The translations under genes were made by a program, and so were the position numbers. A DNA stretch of 64,000 nucleotides from an uncultured Verrucomicrobiae bacterium (GTDB lineage: Bacteria > Verrucomicrobiota > Verrucomicrobiia > Chthoniobacterales > JAFAMB01): the NCBI GenBank assembly GCA_963762565.1, contig CAVXLD010000007.1, positions 128,001 to 192,000 of the forward strand. Direction: 5' to 3'. This document shows, piece by piece, positions 46,988-56,809 of this stretch (positions are counted from its first letter, which is position 1; each line of letters begins with the position of its first letter). The notes under the pieces were generated by a model. It saw nothing but the letters and a program-made list of their open reading frames with translations, did no database searches and had not been told where the DNA came from.

Positions 46988-47419
46988 ATGAAAATTTCGA
47001 AAAGCGAAATTCCGAAAAAAGCACCCGAGACTTTCGCGGAATTGTGCAGGCTTTTTTTACCGCGTCCGATTCATGATGAGGCCGAAAACGCGGAGATGAT
47101 CCGGGTTATGGATTGGATTGCGGTCCGTGCTCAGAACCGTGATCAATTCGATTATGCAAAAATGCTTGGGGATTTGGTGACAGAATACGAGGTTGCCCAG
47201 CGCCGAAGGGTAAAATCAAAGCTCAGCGGCTTGGAACTCTTGAGAGCCGTCATCGAATCAAGCGGCTTAACTCAAGCGGAGCTGGCGAAGGTCTTGGGCT
47301 TGGCGCAAGGCACGGTTTCGAAGATCATGACGGGCGCGCGGTCGATCACCGTGGATCACGCCAAGCGTGCGTCCCGATATTTTAAGATGGCTCCTGAAGC
47401 GTTTTTGGATCTCGAATGA
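46988..47419 (+). CDS. HigA-like HTH antitoxin, no adjacent toxin
   Basis: PRPIHDE..LVTEYE N-terminus plus LTQAELAKVLG..VSKIMTGAR HTH. Confidence 0.75.
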   Translation: MKISKSEIPKKAPETFAELCRLFLPRPIHDEAENAEMIRVMDWIAVRAQNRDQFDYAKMLGDLVTEYEVAQRRRVKSKLSGLELLRAVIESSGLTQAELAKVLGLAQGTVSKIMTGARSITVDHAKRASRYFKMAPEAFLDLE

Positions 47420-47573
47420 CCCGGATGAGGGCTCAACTTGCGGGGAGATGTCTTCGGTATTCCGAGGCCCGCTCCGGGCGAAGACTAGGGCGACAAAGCG
47501 GTCTTCCGAAAGACAGGTCTCGGAATTCTACTTGAACTCCTGAACTCCTTGAACTCCTGTACTCCTTCAACTT

Positions 47574-47639
47574 GGCGCGTTCGTCTAGTCGGTTAGGACA
47601 CGGCGCTCTCAAGGCCGGTGCACGGGTTCGAGTCCCGTA
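47574..47639 (+). pseudogene. tRNA-Glu 5' fragment (66 nt), att-like site 2
   Basis: 65/66 identical to the intact tRNA (C>G at 47605, anticodon stem), followed by TGTTTTCCTCTAGAGCAA. Confidence 0.92.
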
Positions 47640-47778
47640 TGTTTTCCTCTAGAGCAAAATGCTGTCGACCTTATGTCGCCCTAAAAAGTGAGTTACGAAG
47701 CTGCAGGTGATAATCCTGAAAGCAGCAAGGCGGTCGGCGCGATTGGGAGCGAAATCACGAAATCGAGCGTCTGCGACC

Positions 47779-47949
47779 TCAGCGACCCACGGTGTGAACC
47801 TCAGTCACCATTGCGCGAAGATCTTTGAAGACTTGCTCCGGGTCGTCACCGTGGGTTCCGCCGTAGAACAAATCTGGGCAGAGGCCAACGTAACATTGGT
47901 CCTCATCACTCCAATAAACAACGAGGTGATATCTATCTGCTGGATTCAT
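47779..47949 (-). pseudogene. hicB: HicB-like antitoxin, short or truncated
   Basis: YHLVVYWSDEDQCYVGLCPDL..GTHGDD. Confidence 0.7.
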
Positions 47950-48094
47950 CGATAGCCCTTCTGATTTGTTTTTCGAGATAAGGCTTGGCTTCCTTGCCAT
48001 CGGCGTCAGGAATAATGACTAGAATCTTCGCTTTGTCATGTTTGAACTTTCGATGATCGCCCTTTCCGCCCGGAACCTGATACCAGCCGTCAGC
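47933..48094 (-). pseudogene. hicA: HicA toxin remnant lacking its N-terminus
   Basis: Hand-translated DGWYQVPGGKGDHRKFKH..KEAKPYLEKQI; in-frame stop and no start upstream. Confidence 0.7.
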
Positions 48095-48095
48095 C

Positions 48096-48512
48096 GAACC
48101 GGTCGCTTCTTATGATCCTCAGAAACTCGACGAGGAAACCAAAGAAATTCTCGCGTACCAGAACTACACACTTCCACCTGCATTTTACCAAAGGGCGGCG
48201 AACCTTCCGAAGAACAGCGAGCGCCGCTTTGAAATTGCGAAAGAGGTGCTGTTCACCAAAGTCATCGAACAACGTGCCCGGGCCGCAGAGGTACAGCGTC
48301 ATTTCAAGCCGGATCTGACAATCGTCCTGCAGCATGATGCTTCTCCAGCAAGTGGCCGGGGCCGCCTGGCCGGCGTTGATCGAAACATCTTTTTTGTTAG
48401 CGGCGCCTATCAGGCCAAAGAGCTGCGAGGCGATCCTCATGAACGATTGCGCCTGCTGACCAAATTGTTCGAAAACCGAGGGACTCGCCGATGCCTATTC
48501 TGGAAAGGGTAA
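48096..48512 (+). pseudogene. Internal fragment of an N-acetylmuramoyl-L-alanine amidase-like gene
   Basis: EQRARAAEV..KPDLTIVLQHDA..FVSGAY resembles the amidase_3 core; both ends missing. Confidence 0.45.
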
Positions 48513-48660
48513 GGACTGAGTTCTGCTCAAGACTTCAGCTTTACCGAGGATAGCTTCTCTTTCAGTCCCAACAAGCGCCTGTTTCTTTGGGGATAATTTT
48601 CGAGAGGATCCACGCCCGTAGCTTGGTTCTAGAAGCGTGTCCCGTGTAGAAAGGTGAAGG

Positions 48661-49773
48661 TCATCCTTCTTTGAAGGGATCAACAAATGACCGCCATAAG
48701 CGAGGTCCGAGCTCGAGTTCCTCGTCGCTTAGGAGGCTCGCGTCGAAGTTCCGACAAGCCTCCATGCAGGCGTCAGGCGGTCCGACCAGTGTAAGGTCTT
48801 GTTGCCAGGCAGCGCTTGCCGATGCGTTTTTTGATCCTAGCACTCCGACTTTCCCAGCCTGCGACCACAGCCGATGGGTGCCTGGCTGAGAGGCAAGCCG
48901 GATCTCTCCGCGCCCGCGAATCACACCGCGCCAACCCTCTCTTACGAACTCCACAAAACGCTTTGGATGGATGGGTCGCGGGACAGAAACGCGAACTCGC
49001 GCGCAGCGGGTATCCGCAACTATCCAGCGGAGTTGCAGACGAGCGACGCTGGCGCAGGCGTCGTCATGGTTTGAATTTTCGTCCTCCGACATCGGCTGAC
49101 TGTAAGCTGTAAGCGGTTTGACAGTCTGATCCGCTATTGTGGTCTTTGGGTTCAGCGCTCGGATTAACCTGATCGCGTTCTGCAAGGTCGCCGGATCCAT
49201 GGCTTGCCGATCGGTGATGACCACGGTGTCTGCGCATTCAATCGAGCGCGAGAGAGAATGGCCTTGGCTGCAACCGCCTTCCGAATGGGTGTCGGCAGTG
49301 TCCTCCGGCTCAGCCGCCGCAGCATCAGTCCAGAACCACTCAAATAGGCCGTTGGCCGGCATCACCAGTATTGAGCGGGTGAGACGCACAATGCTTCGCA
49401 AATCGATTCCGCCGGGAAAGCGATGTACAAGACTATCGTGAGCAGTCGGCAGTTCGTCGCTACTGTCTAATTCGATGACGACATGATCGGAAGAGCGTTC
49501 TCTGGCGATCGCCTGGAGCTCAATAAAAAGGTCTGCCCGAAACGGAACGACTAATCCCGACTGGGTAATCTTGATTCGCTTGGATTCGGCCCGACGAAAG
49601 TGGACGCGTGAATTTCTCTCTATTGTGCACCGCTCATGGTCAAAGCTGAGCACCGTGACCAGTTGTGGACTGAGGTCTGCGATCAGCTGTTCCACGATCG
49701 GGCCGCGGAGTGCTCGGTTGGGTCCGGCCAATAAAGTCGCACGGAGAGGCGGCGATGGGTCGGGCAAGAGCAT
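48661..49773 (-). CDS. Degenerate COG0523/CobW-like protein lacking GTPase motifs
   Basis: IECADTVVIT, IRALNP, RPIHPKRF..VIRGRG..WSQAG, QQDLTLVG; Walker A replaced by AGPNRALRG. Confidence 0.7.
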   Translation of the reverse strand: MLLPDPSPPLRATLLAGPNRALRGPIVEQLIADLSPQLVTVLSFDHERCTIERNSRVHFRRAESKRIKITQSGLVVPFRADLFIELQAIARERSSDHVVIELDSSDELPTAHDSLVHRFPGGIDLRSIVRLTRSILVMPANGLFEWFWTDAAAAEPEDTADTHSEGGCSQGHSLSRSIECADTVVITDRQAMDPATLQNAIRLIRALNPKTTIADQTVKPLTAYSQPMSEDENSNHDDACASVARLQLRWIVADTRCARVRVSVPRPIHPKRFVEFVREGWRGVIRGRGEIRLASQPGTHRLWSQAGKVGVLGSKNASASAAWQQDLTLVGPPDACMEACRNFDASLLSDEELELGPRLWRSFVDPFKEG

Positions 49774-49802
49774 GAGGATAGTTCAACGAAGCAAGGCTTA
49801 GT

Positions 49803-49841
49803 TGCAAGTAACTTGCAGATAGTGGTTGCAAATTAGTTGCA
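49803..49841. promoter_or_regulatory. Tandem candidate Zur boxes
   Basis: TGCAAGTAACTTGCA and TGCAAATTAGTTGCA with starts 24 bp apart. Confidence 0.72.
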
Positions 49842-49866
49842 GATTACCGAAGGGTCATTCTCAAGA

Positions 49867-50892
49867 ATGAACCTCTCTTCAAGACTCCCGGTCACCGTCC
49901 TTTCCGGATTTTTAGGTTCCGGCAAGACCACCTTGCTCAATCACATCCTCAATAATCGCGAAGGCAGGCGCGTGTCCGTCATCGTGAATGATATGAGCGA
50001 AGTAAACATCGACGCGACTCTCGTCCGTGATGGTGGCGCTGAACTCAGTCGGACCGAGGAAAAGCTCGTGGAGTTGTCGAATGGCTGCATCTGTTGCACG
50101 CTCCGAGACGACCTGCTCAAGGAGGTATCACGGTTGGCCAATGAAAACCGTTTTGATTATCTGCTCATTGAATCCACCGGAGTCTCTGAACCTTTGCCGG
50201 TAGCTCAAACCTTCACTTTTGCTGATGAGAACGGGTACAGCCTGGAATCGCTCACTCGTCTCGACACGATGGTAACGATGGTGGATGCCGCCAATTTTTT
50301 TGACCAGTTCCACAAGGCCGAGACACATTGGCGGAACACCAGTTAGCGATTGGTGACGAAGATGAACGCACCATCTCGGATTTGCTGATTGACCAAATTG
50401 AGTTTGCCGGCGTAATCGTCATCAACAAAGTCGATCGGCATTGGTAGTCTTGTCTTTCGAGCTCGTCGACCGTTTCATCCGGAGCGGTTTTGGAATTTTG
50501 TGCATAACGATTGGCCCAGACTACTTCGCTCGACGGGTTTCTTCTGGTTATCAACCCGGAACGACATCGTGGGTGGCTGGTCGCAGGCCGGAGGCAGCGC
50601 GGAACATCGGCCTGTTGGAGTTTGGTGGGCGGCAGTTCCCAAGGATCGGTGGCCGATCGAAAAAGAGGTTCAAGACTATATCGCAAAGGACTGGCATCCG
50701 TTTTACGGCGACCGCCGCCAGGAACTTGTCTTTATCGGTCAGGACTTACCCAAGACCGAGATGTTGGCCGCTCTCCAGGAATGTTTGCTCAATGATCAAG
50801 AGACGAGTTTTGAACCAGAAGAATGGAAGAGAGGATTCTCTGATCCGTTTCCCGCTTGGATAAATCAAACCCCGCAGCACCACCTCCAATGA
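49867..50892 (+). pseudogene. COG0523 zinc metallochaperone (ZigA/YciC-like), frameshifted and internally deleted
   Basis: [17 protein letters not shown] intact; apparent extra CA near 50325; INKVD joined out of frame to GIGSLVFRARRPFHP near 50437. Confidence 0.88.
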
Positions 50893-50911
50893 CACACTCT
50901 TCTCAGGCAGG

Positions 50912-51382
50912 CTACGACTTAAATGACCTGAAGTGATAGATTGAAGCCGGAACCGCCTGCGGTTTATTCAAAGGACCTCTCATGGCCGACCAGAAATGTT
51001 TTGCAGATGGCGATGCCTCCTTAGGTAAAGATAACCGAAATCTAGCTTTCTCGATTTCTGTCGGTTTCAGCTGGACCTTAACTGACCGTTTTTCGACGAC
51101 CACAGAAAAAAGCAAGGCCATCGCGTCTTTGTCGCGCCGATCTAGAACCATTAGCAGAGTATCGATCTCCACCCGAAGTCCACATTCTTCGTAGACTTCT
51201 CGCTTCAATGCATTAGTCAGTGATTCGCCTCGTTTGACTTTGCCTCCTGGCAGCGTCCAAAGCTTCAATCCGGTAACCTGGCGGACAAACAAGACTCTAT
51301 GACACGAGTCTTCTATCCAGGCCATAACCGATACTTCTTTTGTAGCGGATATCCGGCCTACCTTCTTTTTCAGTCTAGCCAT
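50912..51382 (-). CDS. NUDIX hydrolase
   Basis: GGKVKRGESLTNALKREVYEECGL Nudix box. Confidence 0.9.
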   Translation of the reverse strand: MARLKKKVGRISATKEVSVMAWIEDSCHRVLFVRQVTGLKLWTLPGGKVKRGESLTNALKREVYEECGLRVEIDTLLMVLDRRDKDAMALLFSVVVEKRSVKVQLKPTEIEKARFRLSLPKEASPSAKHFWSAMRGPLNKPQAVPASIYHFRSFKS

Positions 51383-51647
51383 CTAGGATGCAAAGCGGAT
51401 CTTCTGTCATTTTTTCCAAGGCTCGCTAGTCCGGATAGCCACTCTTCCGGGCTGGACGAGCACCCTCCGACCTTAGTTTCTGGCAAAGTAGTCCTCATCG
51501 CTGGCTAAACGGCGATTCGCCGAAAAGCAGGCTACGCCGCTGCAAAACGATCTTAATCGCCAATTTAGGTCTTGCAACGACATATTGGCTCGACTAAGTC
51601 TTATTTCAGAGAAAAGATTTCTTTGGCTTAGTTAGCTGCATAAACCA

Positions 51648-51971
51648 ATGAAACAAACCGTGAACGCAGATGACACGATAGCTCCGGAGCGGGCCTGGCG
51701 CTTCTGCCGAGTTCCTCCCTCCATGCCCCGAAGTAGATCGTTCCATCGACTATTTAGGATGGGCTCGAATTGGTTTGGTCGACTGCTCCAGGCGGGCGCG
51801 AATTGGTGCGGTATTCTTCGCAAGTTGCTCGCCTTCTCCGGCCCGCGCTCTTTCGTAGGATTCGGCCGCGCGGATCGAGGGAACTGGGCCGGAGACATAC
51901 CTCGGATTCCCCATTTCTGCTACAGGCTCTTACCAATCGTGATCGCCTTTGGCCTCAGGCCATCTTTCTGA
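51648..51971 (+). pseudogene. Decayed 5' fragment of a second mntH
   Basis: RKLLAFSGPRSFVGFGRADRGNWAGD aligns with Nramp TM1 AFAGPAMLVSVGYMDPGNWSTD. Confidence 0.7.
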
Positions 51972-52006
51972 CCAATTGAACCGCCACACCCGTTGAAAAA
52001 GTTGAG

Positions 52007-53416
52007 ATGAAAAGCGCGAATGACGTATCCAAGCCAACTCAAAGGCTTCGCTCTTTGGAGGGGTTCCACAGTACGGTTAGCGTTCCGCCGGGCTCCGCTC
52101 ATCCACTGCGCCAGTATCTCGCGTTCGCGGGTCCGGCTATGCTTGTCAGCGTGGGATACATGGATCCCGGAAACTGGTCCACAGACTTGAGTGCCGGAGC
52201 CGGGTTCAAATACGGCCTACTCTTTATCGTAGGTCTGGCGAGTCTTATGGCGATTTTCTTGCAGGTAATCTCCGCCAGACTCGGCGTCGTGACCGGCAAG
52301 GACTTGGCCCATTGTTGCCGGGACCATCTGCCAGGGTGGACGCGGTGGCCGAACTACCTCAGTTGCGAAATCGCCATCGCCGCCTGCGACCTAGCCGAGG
52401 TGCTGGGCAGCGCGGTCGCCATCCACCTCTTATTCCCGCGCATTTCGCTGCTCGCAGCGGTCATCATTACCGCCTGCGACGTGCTTCTGCTCCTCTCGCT
52501 GCAAAGGCTGGGAATGCGGTTGATTGAGGCAGTGATCGTCGTCTTGATTGGAACGATTGGCGTCTGCTATTTCGTCGAAATCTTCGTGCTACCGCAGACC
52601 ACCCCGAATCTGCTTGAAGTCGCTTCTGCGACCGTCGCCCCGAATCTGGGAGCTTTCTTTAAGAACAAAGACATGGTCTTTATCGCCATCGGCATCATAG
52701 GAGCCACGGTGATGCCCCACAATTTGTATCTGCATTCCGCACTCGTTCAATCGAGAAAACTGCAAGCTGACGATGCCTCGGTGCGCCGGGCGATTAAGTT
52801 CAATACAATCGATTCCGTCATCGCGCTGTCGCTGGCGTTTTTTGTGAATGCTGCCATTCTCGTGCTGGCGGCACTGATCTTTTTTGGGAAGGACAAGCTG
52901 ACACTACCCGGCGGCGAGGTGGTGGTGTTCGATAAGGATGCGGACTGGATACAGGTGGCTTACCTGACGTTGTCTCCGCTCCTCGGCGTGGCTGCGGCTA
53001 GCCTTCTTTTTGCCCTGGCGCTCTTGGCCAGCGGGCAGAGCAGCACGATCACGGGTACGCTGGCCGGGCAGGTGGTGATGGAGGGATTCATGGATTGGAA
53101 AATCCGCCCCTGGGTGCGCCGGTTGATTACCCGCTTGGCGGCCATTGTGCCAGCGATCTTACTCATCGGCGTGCGCGGTGACGGCGGTGTGAACGATCTG
53201 TTGAACCTAAGCCAGGTGGTCCTCGCCATCCAGTTGCCGCTCGCCATGTTTCCGCTGCTCTGGTTCACCGGTTCCCGGAAGCTCATGGGATCTCATCGCA
53301 ACGGACGCTTCCTCACGATCGCTGGCTGGACCTCGTGCCTGCTCATCACCGCGCTTGACATTTATGGTCTGCCGGGAGCGATTCATGACGCCATGGCTGT
53401 ATTCGCACCACGCTGA
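52007..53416 (+). CDS. mntH: Nramp Mn2+/Fe2+ transporter
   Basis: DPGN, GATVMPHNLYLHS, GQSSTITGTLAGQ. Confidence 0.95.
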   Translation: MKSANDVSKPTQRLRSLEGFHSTVSVPPGSAHPLRQYLAFAGPAMLVSVGYMDPGNWSTDLSAGAGFKYGLLFIVGLASLMAIFLQVISARLGVVTGKDLAHCCRDHLPGWTRWPNYLSCEIAIAACDLAEVLGSAVAIHLLFPRISLLAAVIITACDVLLLLSLQRLGMRLIEAVIVVLIGTIGVCYFVEIFVLPQTTPNLLEVASATVAPNLGAFFKNKDMVFIAIGIIGATVMPHNLYLHSALVQSRKLQADDASVRRAIKFNTIDSVIALSLAFFVNAAILVLAALIFFGKDKLTLPGGEVVVFDKDADWIQVAYLTLSPLLGVAAASLLFALALLASGQSSTITGTLAGQVVMEGFMDWKIRPWVRRLITRLAAIVPAILLIGVRGDGGVNDLLNLSQVVLAIQLPLAMFPLLWFTGSRKLMGSHRNGRFLTIAGWTSCLLITALDIYGLPGAIHDAMAVFAPR

Positions 53417-53432
53417 AAGTTCTTAGAAGTCT

Positions 53433-53891
53433 ATGTACGAAAAAATTCTGGTTGCTCTGGATGCGACGGCCGCTGATCGGACAATTTTGGACCATGTCAC
53501 CAAACTCGCGCTCACCTTTGGAAGTTCGTTAGTGCTCCTGCACGTGGCTGATGGCTGGGCTGCGCGTTTGTTCGGCACTGACGCCGTTAGTGAAGAAATC
53601 CAGCAGGATAAAGCCTATCTGGAATCAGTCCGGTCCAAACTCGCTGCGGCGGGCATTCGGGTCGAAGCAGAACTCGCTTACGGTGAACCTGCGGATCAGA
53701 TCATTCGTTGGATCGAAAGCCGGGGCTGTGATCTCGTGGCGATGTCTACCCATGGCCACCGTTTCATCAGCGACCTGCTTTATGGCAGCACCGCGGATAA
53801 TGTGCGCCACCGTGTCAATGTACCAGTGCTGATGCTCAAAGCGATGAAAGCATCTGGCAGTCCAACTAACCCTATATCTACCCGTGCCTGA
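53433..53891 (+). CDS. Universal stress protein
   Basis: MYEKILVALD, GEPADQI, STHGHR..GSTADNV. Confidence 0.9.
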   Translation: MYEKILVALDATAADRTILDHVTKLALTFGSSLVLLHVADGWAARLFGTDAVSEEIQQDKAYLESVRSKLAAAGIRVEAELAYGEPADQIIRWIESRGCDLVAMSTHGHRFISDLLYGSTADNVRHRVNVPVLMLKAMKASGSPTNPISTRA

Positions 53892-53937
53892 CACCCCCCG
53901 CCGGACGCAGTGATGGCTGCGCTACTCTCTTCTTCTA

Positions 53938-54416
53938 TGGCAAAGCTTAATCAGAGCAACACTCACTTGAAGCCTTCGAATTTCGAGGTCAAAGATCGCA
54001 GCCGCCGCCTTCGCGGCGACGAGCAATCCACCGAAACCGGAGAGGACTATCTGGCCTGCATATTTGCCTTGATCGAAGAGAAGGGATATGCGCGGGTCGC
54101 GGCTGTGGCCGAGTCTCTTTCAGTCGCCGAGCCAAGCGCTTCTGTTATGATCAAGCGCTTAGCGCAAAAGGGATATCTCAAGCACGAAAAGTATCGGGGA
54201 TTCACGCTGACGGAAACCGGTCATGCGATGGCTCGTGATGTTCACGCTCGGCGCCGAATATTGACCACTTTTCTGCAGTCTCTCGGGCTTCCAAAAGGTG
54301 TGATTCAACACGATGTCCATGGGTTGGAACACCATCTCAGCAAACAAACATTTGAGCAGTTAAGGTTATTTGTTCAAGCGCATGGAGTTCAGAATCCGTT
54401 TGATCAATCAAAATAA
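53938..54416 (+). CDS. mntR: DtxR/MntR family metal-dependent regulator
   Basis: EDYL..I, EKYRGFTLT, DVHGLEHHLS. Confidence 0.85.
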
Positions 54417-54538
54417 GCCGACGCTTCCTTAGGGCAGCGATCGCGGCTGTGACCCAATGAGATCTATCGCGCCAAAGGTGTGCCTCGATTGTTAGGCTCA
54501 ACAAAGAATCTTTCTTCAAGTTAAATACCTATAAAACT

Positions 54539-56809
54539 ATGCCGCCGCTTCTTATTCGTTTGATGAGCTCTCCTACTCAATCAGGCAATTCTCGTTGGAT
54601 CGGAAATTCATCATTTCGGTCAAATAACGGAATACGCTACTTCGTCGCGGTATGTGCGACCGCTGTTTTCGTTGGTCTCCTGGCAGATCCGACCTGCGCG
54701 CAGGACGCGTCACCATCTCCGACGCCAGAGAATACCCACTCCGCCGATCAGCAAGGCCCGAATAACCAGCCGAGTCCTCCCAGATCACTCCAAGAGGTTG
54801 TCGTAACGGGCCAGACCCCACAGCAGGATGGTATCACCCCGCAAATCTCGCCAGAATTGGGCGTCACCAGCTACACGGCTGGCCAAAGCCAAATTGCGAG
54901 CGCACCCGGCGGCGCTAGCGCACCTTTCCAACAAGTTCTGTTGCGTCTGCCAGGCGTGGTCCAGGATTCCTACGGAGAGATACACGTCAGAGGGGAACAT
55001 GGCTATGCTGAGTACCGTATCAACGGGGTGATGTTGCCAGAAGGTCTTGAAGGTTTTGGCCAGGAATTTGACTCTCATTTCATCCAGAGCGCCACACTTC
55101 TGACGGGCGCATTACCTGCCCAATTCGGCCTCCGCTTGTACGGCGTCGTCGATATCACCACTAAAACCGGGTCCGATCTAAACGGTGGCGAAGCAGGGGT
55201 GTACAGCGGCAGCTTTGATACCGTTCGCCCTTATATCGATTATGGAGGGAGCGACGGTAAGCTGGATTACTTTTTCAGCTTTAGCGAACTTCACAGCGAC
55301 CTCGGCATTGAAAATCCCACTCCGAGCACGCGAGCACTGCACGATTACACCAATCAGTTAAAGGGGTTCGGGAGCTTCAGTTACAAAATTAGCGACACGT
55401 CCAAGGTCATCCTCATTTTAAGCGCGTCTTACTCCGATTTTGAAATTCCGAACCGTCCGGGGCAAACCCCGCGATTTGATCTCGTTGGGGTAACACCTTT
55501 CCCGTCGTCAGAATTAAACGACAATCAAAATGAGCAGGATTATTTTGCTGTTCTAGCCCATCAGCTCACGCTCGGCGACTTCACCCTGCAAACGTCCTTA
55601 TTCGCCCACTATAATCGAATCCATTTTACGCCAGACGCTGAAGGTGACCTGATTTACGAGGGCGCTGCTGGATTAATTGACAACGTACTCCGCTCAGAGG
55701 GCGCGCAGATCGACGCAACCTATAGTCTGGACGAACATACCTTCGAATTCGGCACGGCTATTACCTTTGAAAGCTATGACCGTCACGATTCCACCCTGGT
55801 TTTTCCGGCTACTGCCAGCGGCGTGCAGACTAGCGATGTTCCTTTCAATATCAGTGACGTGGACAGCAAGAACGGCTTGCTCTTCAGCCTATATGCCCAG
55901 GATGCGTGGCACCTGACACGCCAATTAACTATTAACTACGGGCTACGCTACGACTTAAGTGAGGGCTATTCGTATGGCACCCAGTGGAGTCCGCGCATCA
56001 ACGCCGTCTATCAACTTAGCGATGCAACTACGTTCCACCTCGGTTACGCCCGCTATTTCACTCCTCCGGGACTCGAATTTATTTCGGCTCCCAACGTTGC
56101 CCATTTTGCCAATACCACCAACACACCAACCGTATTCACTCAAGATGCGCCCTACCCCGAACGGGCAAATTATTTCGACGCCGGCGTTCTTCACAAGGTT
56201 GGTTCGAACTTGAGTCTGACCGTCGATGCCTTTTATAAAGCGTCCACTGGAGGCCTCGATCTCGGACAGTTCGGCGATGCGGTGGTTCTCACGCCGTTCA
56301 ACTACAGTCATGGACACACCTATGGCATCGAAACTGGCGCAGAATTTAGCCAGGGACCGTGGCGGGCCAATCTCAACTTCTCTTATGTGCGCGCCATTGC
56401 GTTCGGCATAACATCGGCCCAATCTGAGTTCCCGGCTGATGAGTTAGCCTACATCGACACTCATCACATAATCCTGGACCATGACCAGCCGTTTACCGTC
56501 TCGGCCGACGTTTCCTACACATTCAACCGCAATCATACCCGGATTTTTGCCGATTTTCTTTTCGGAAGCGGCTTGCGCTACGGCTTCGCGAACGAGGGCA
56601 CTCTGCCAGTTCACTATCCGATCAGCCTAGGCATAGAACATACGATCCCGATCAATCGAGACGGAATCAAGGCGATCAGGCTGCGGCTTGATTGCACCAA
56701 TATCACCAACCAAAGGTTCATCTTGCGCGCAGGGAGCGGCGTGGGTATTGCCGAGCCGCAATATCTCCCGACTCGCGGCTTTTTTGGCACGTTTGCCTAT
56801 GAATTTTAA
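54539..56809 (+). CDS. TonB-dependent receptor
   Basis: EVVVTG TonB box, PGVVQDS..HVRGEH plug, C-terminal Phe; start uncertain. Confidence 0.88.
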   Translation: MPPLLIRLMSSPTQSGNSRWIGNSSFRSNNGIRYFVAVCATAVFVGLLADPTCAQDASPSPTPENTHSADQQGPNNQPSPPRSLQEVVVTGQTPQQDGITPQISPELGVTSYTAGQSQIASAPGGASAPFQQVLLRLPGVVQDSYGEIHVRGEHGYAEYRINGVMLPEGLEGFGQEFDSHFIQSATLLTGALPAQFGLRLYGVVDITTKTGSDLNGGEAGVYSGSFDTVRPYIDYGGSDGKLDYFFSFSELHSDLGIENPTPSTRALHDYTNQLKGFGSFSYKISDTSKVILILSASYSDFEIPNRPGQTPRFDLVGVTPFPSSELNDNQNEQDYFAVLAHQLTLGDFTLQTSLFAHYNRIHFTPDAEGDLIYEGAAGLIDNVLRSEGAQIDATYSLDEHTFEFGTAITFESYDRHDSTLVFPATASGVQTSDVPFNISDVDSKNGLLFSLYAQDAWHLTRQLTINYGLRYDLSEGYSYGTQWSPRINAVYQLSDATTFHLGYARYFTPPGLEFISAPNVAHFANTTNTPTVFTQDAPYPERANYFDAGVLHKVGSNLSLTVDAFYKASTGGLDLGQFGDAVVLTPFNYSHGHTYGIETGAEFSQGPWRANLNFSYVRAIAFGITSAQSEFPADELAYIDTHHIILDHDQPFTVSADVSYTFNRNHTRIFADFLFGSGLRYGFANEGTLPVHYPISLGIEHTIPINRDGIKAIRLRLDCTNITNQRFILRAGSGVGIAEPQYLPTRGFFGTFAYEF

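Noticed and set aside
43967..47639. Two additional functional tRNA-Glu genes
   Set aside because: Both lack the 3' acceptor strand and CCA; copy 2 also has an anticodon-stem mismatch.
50320..50345. Programmed frameshift in the COG0523 gene
   Set aside because: No slippery heptamer, and a second lesion (deletion) follows, so decay is the simpler explanation.
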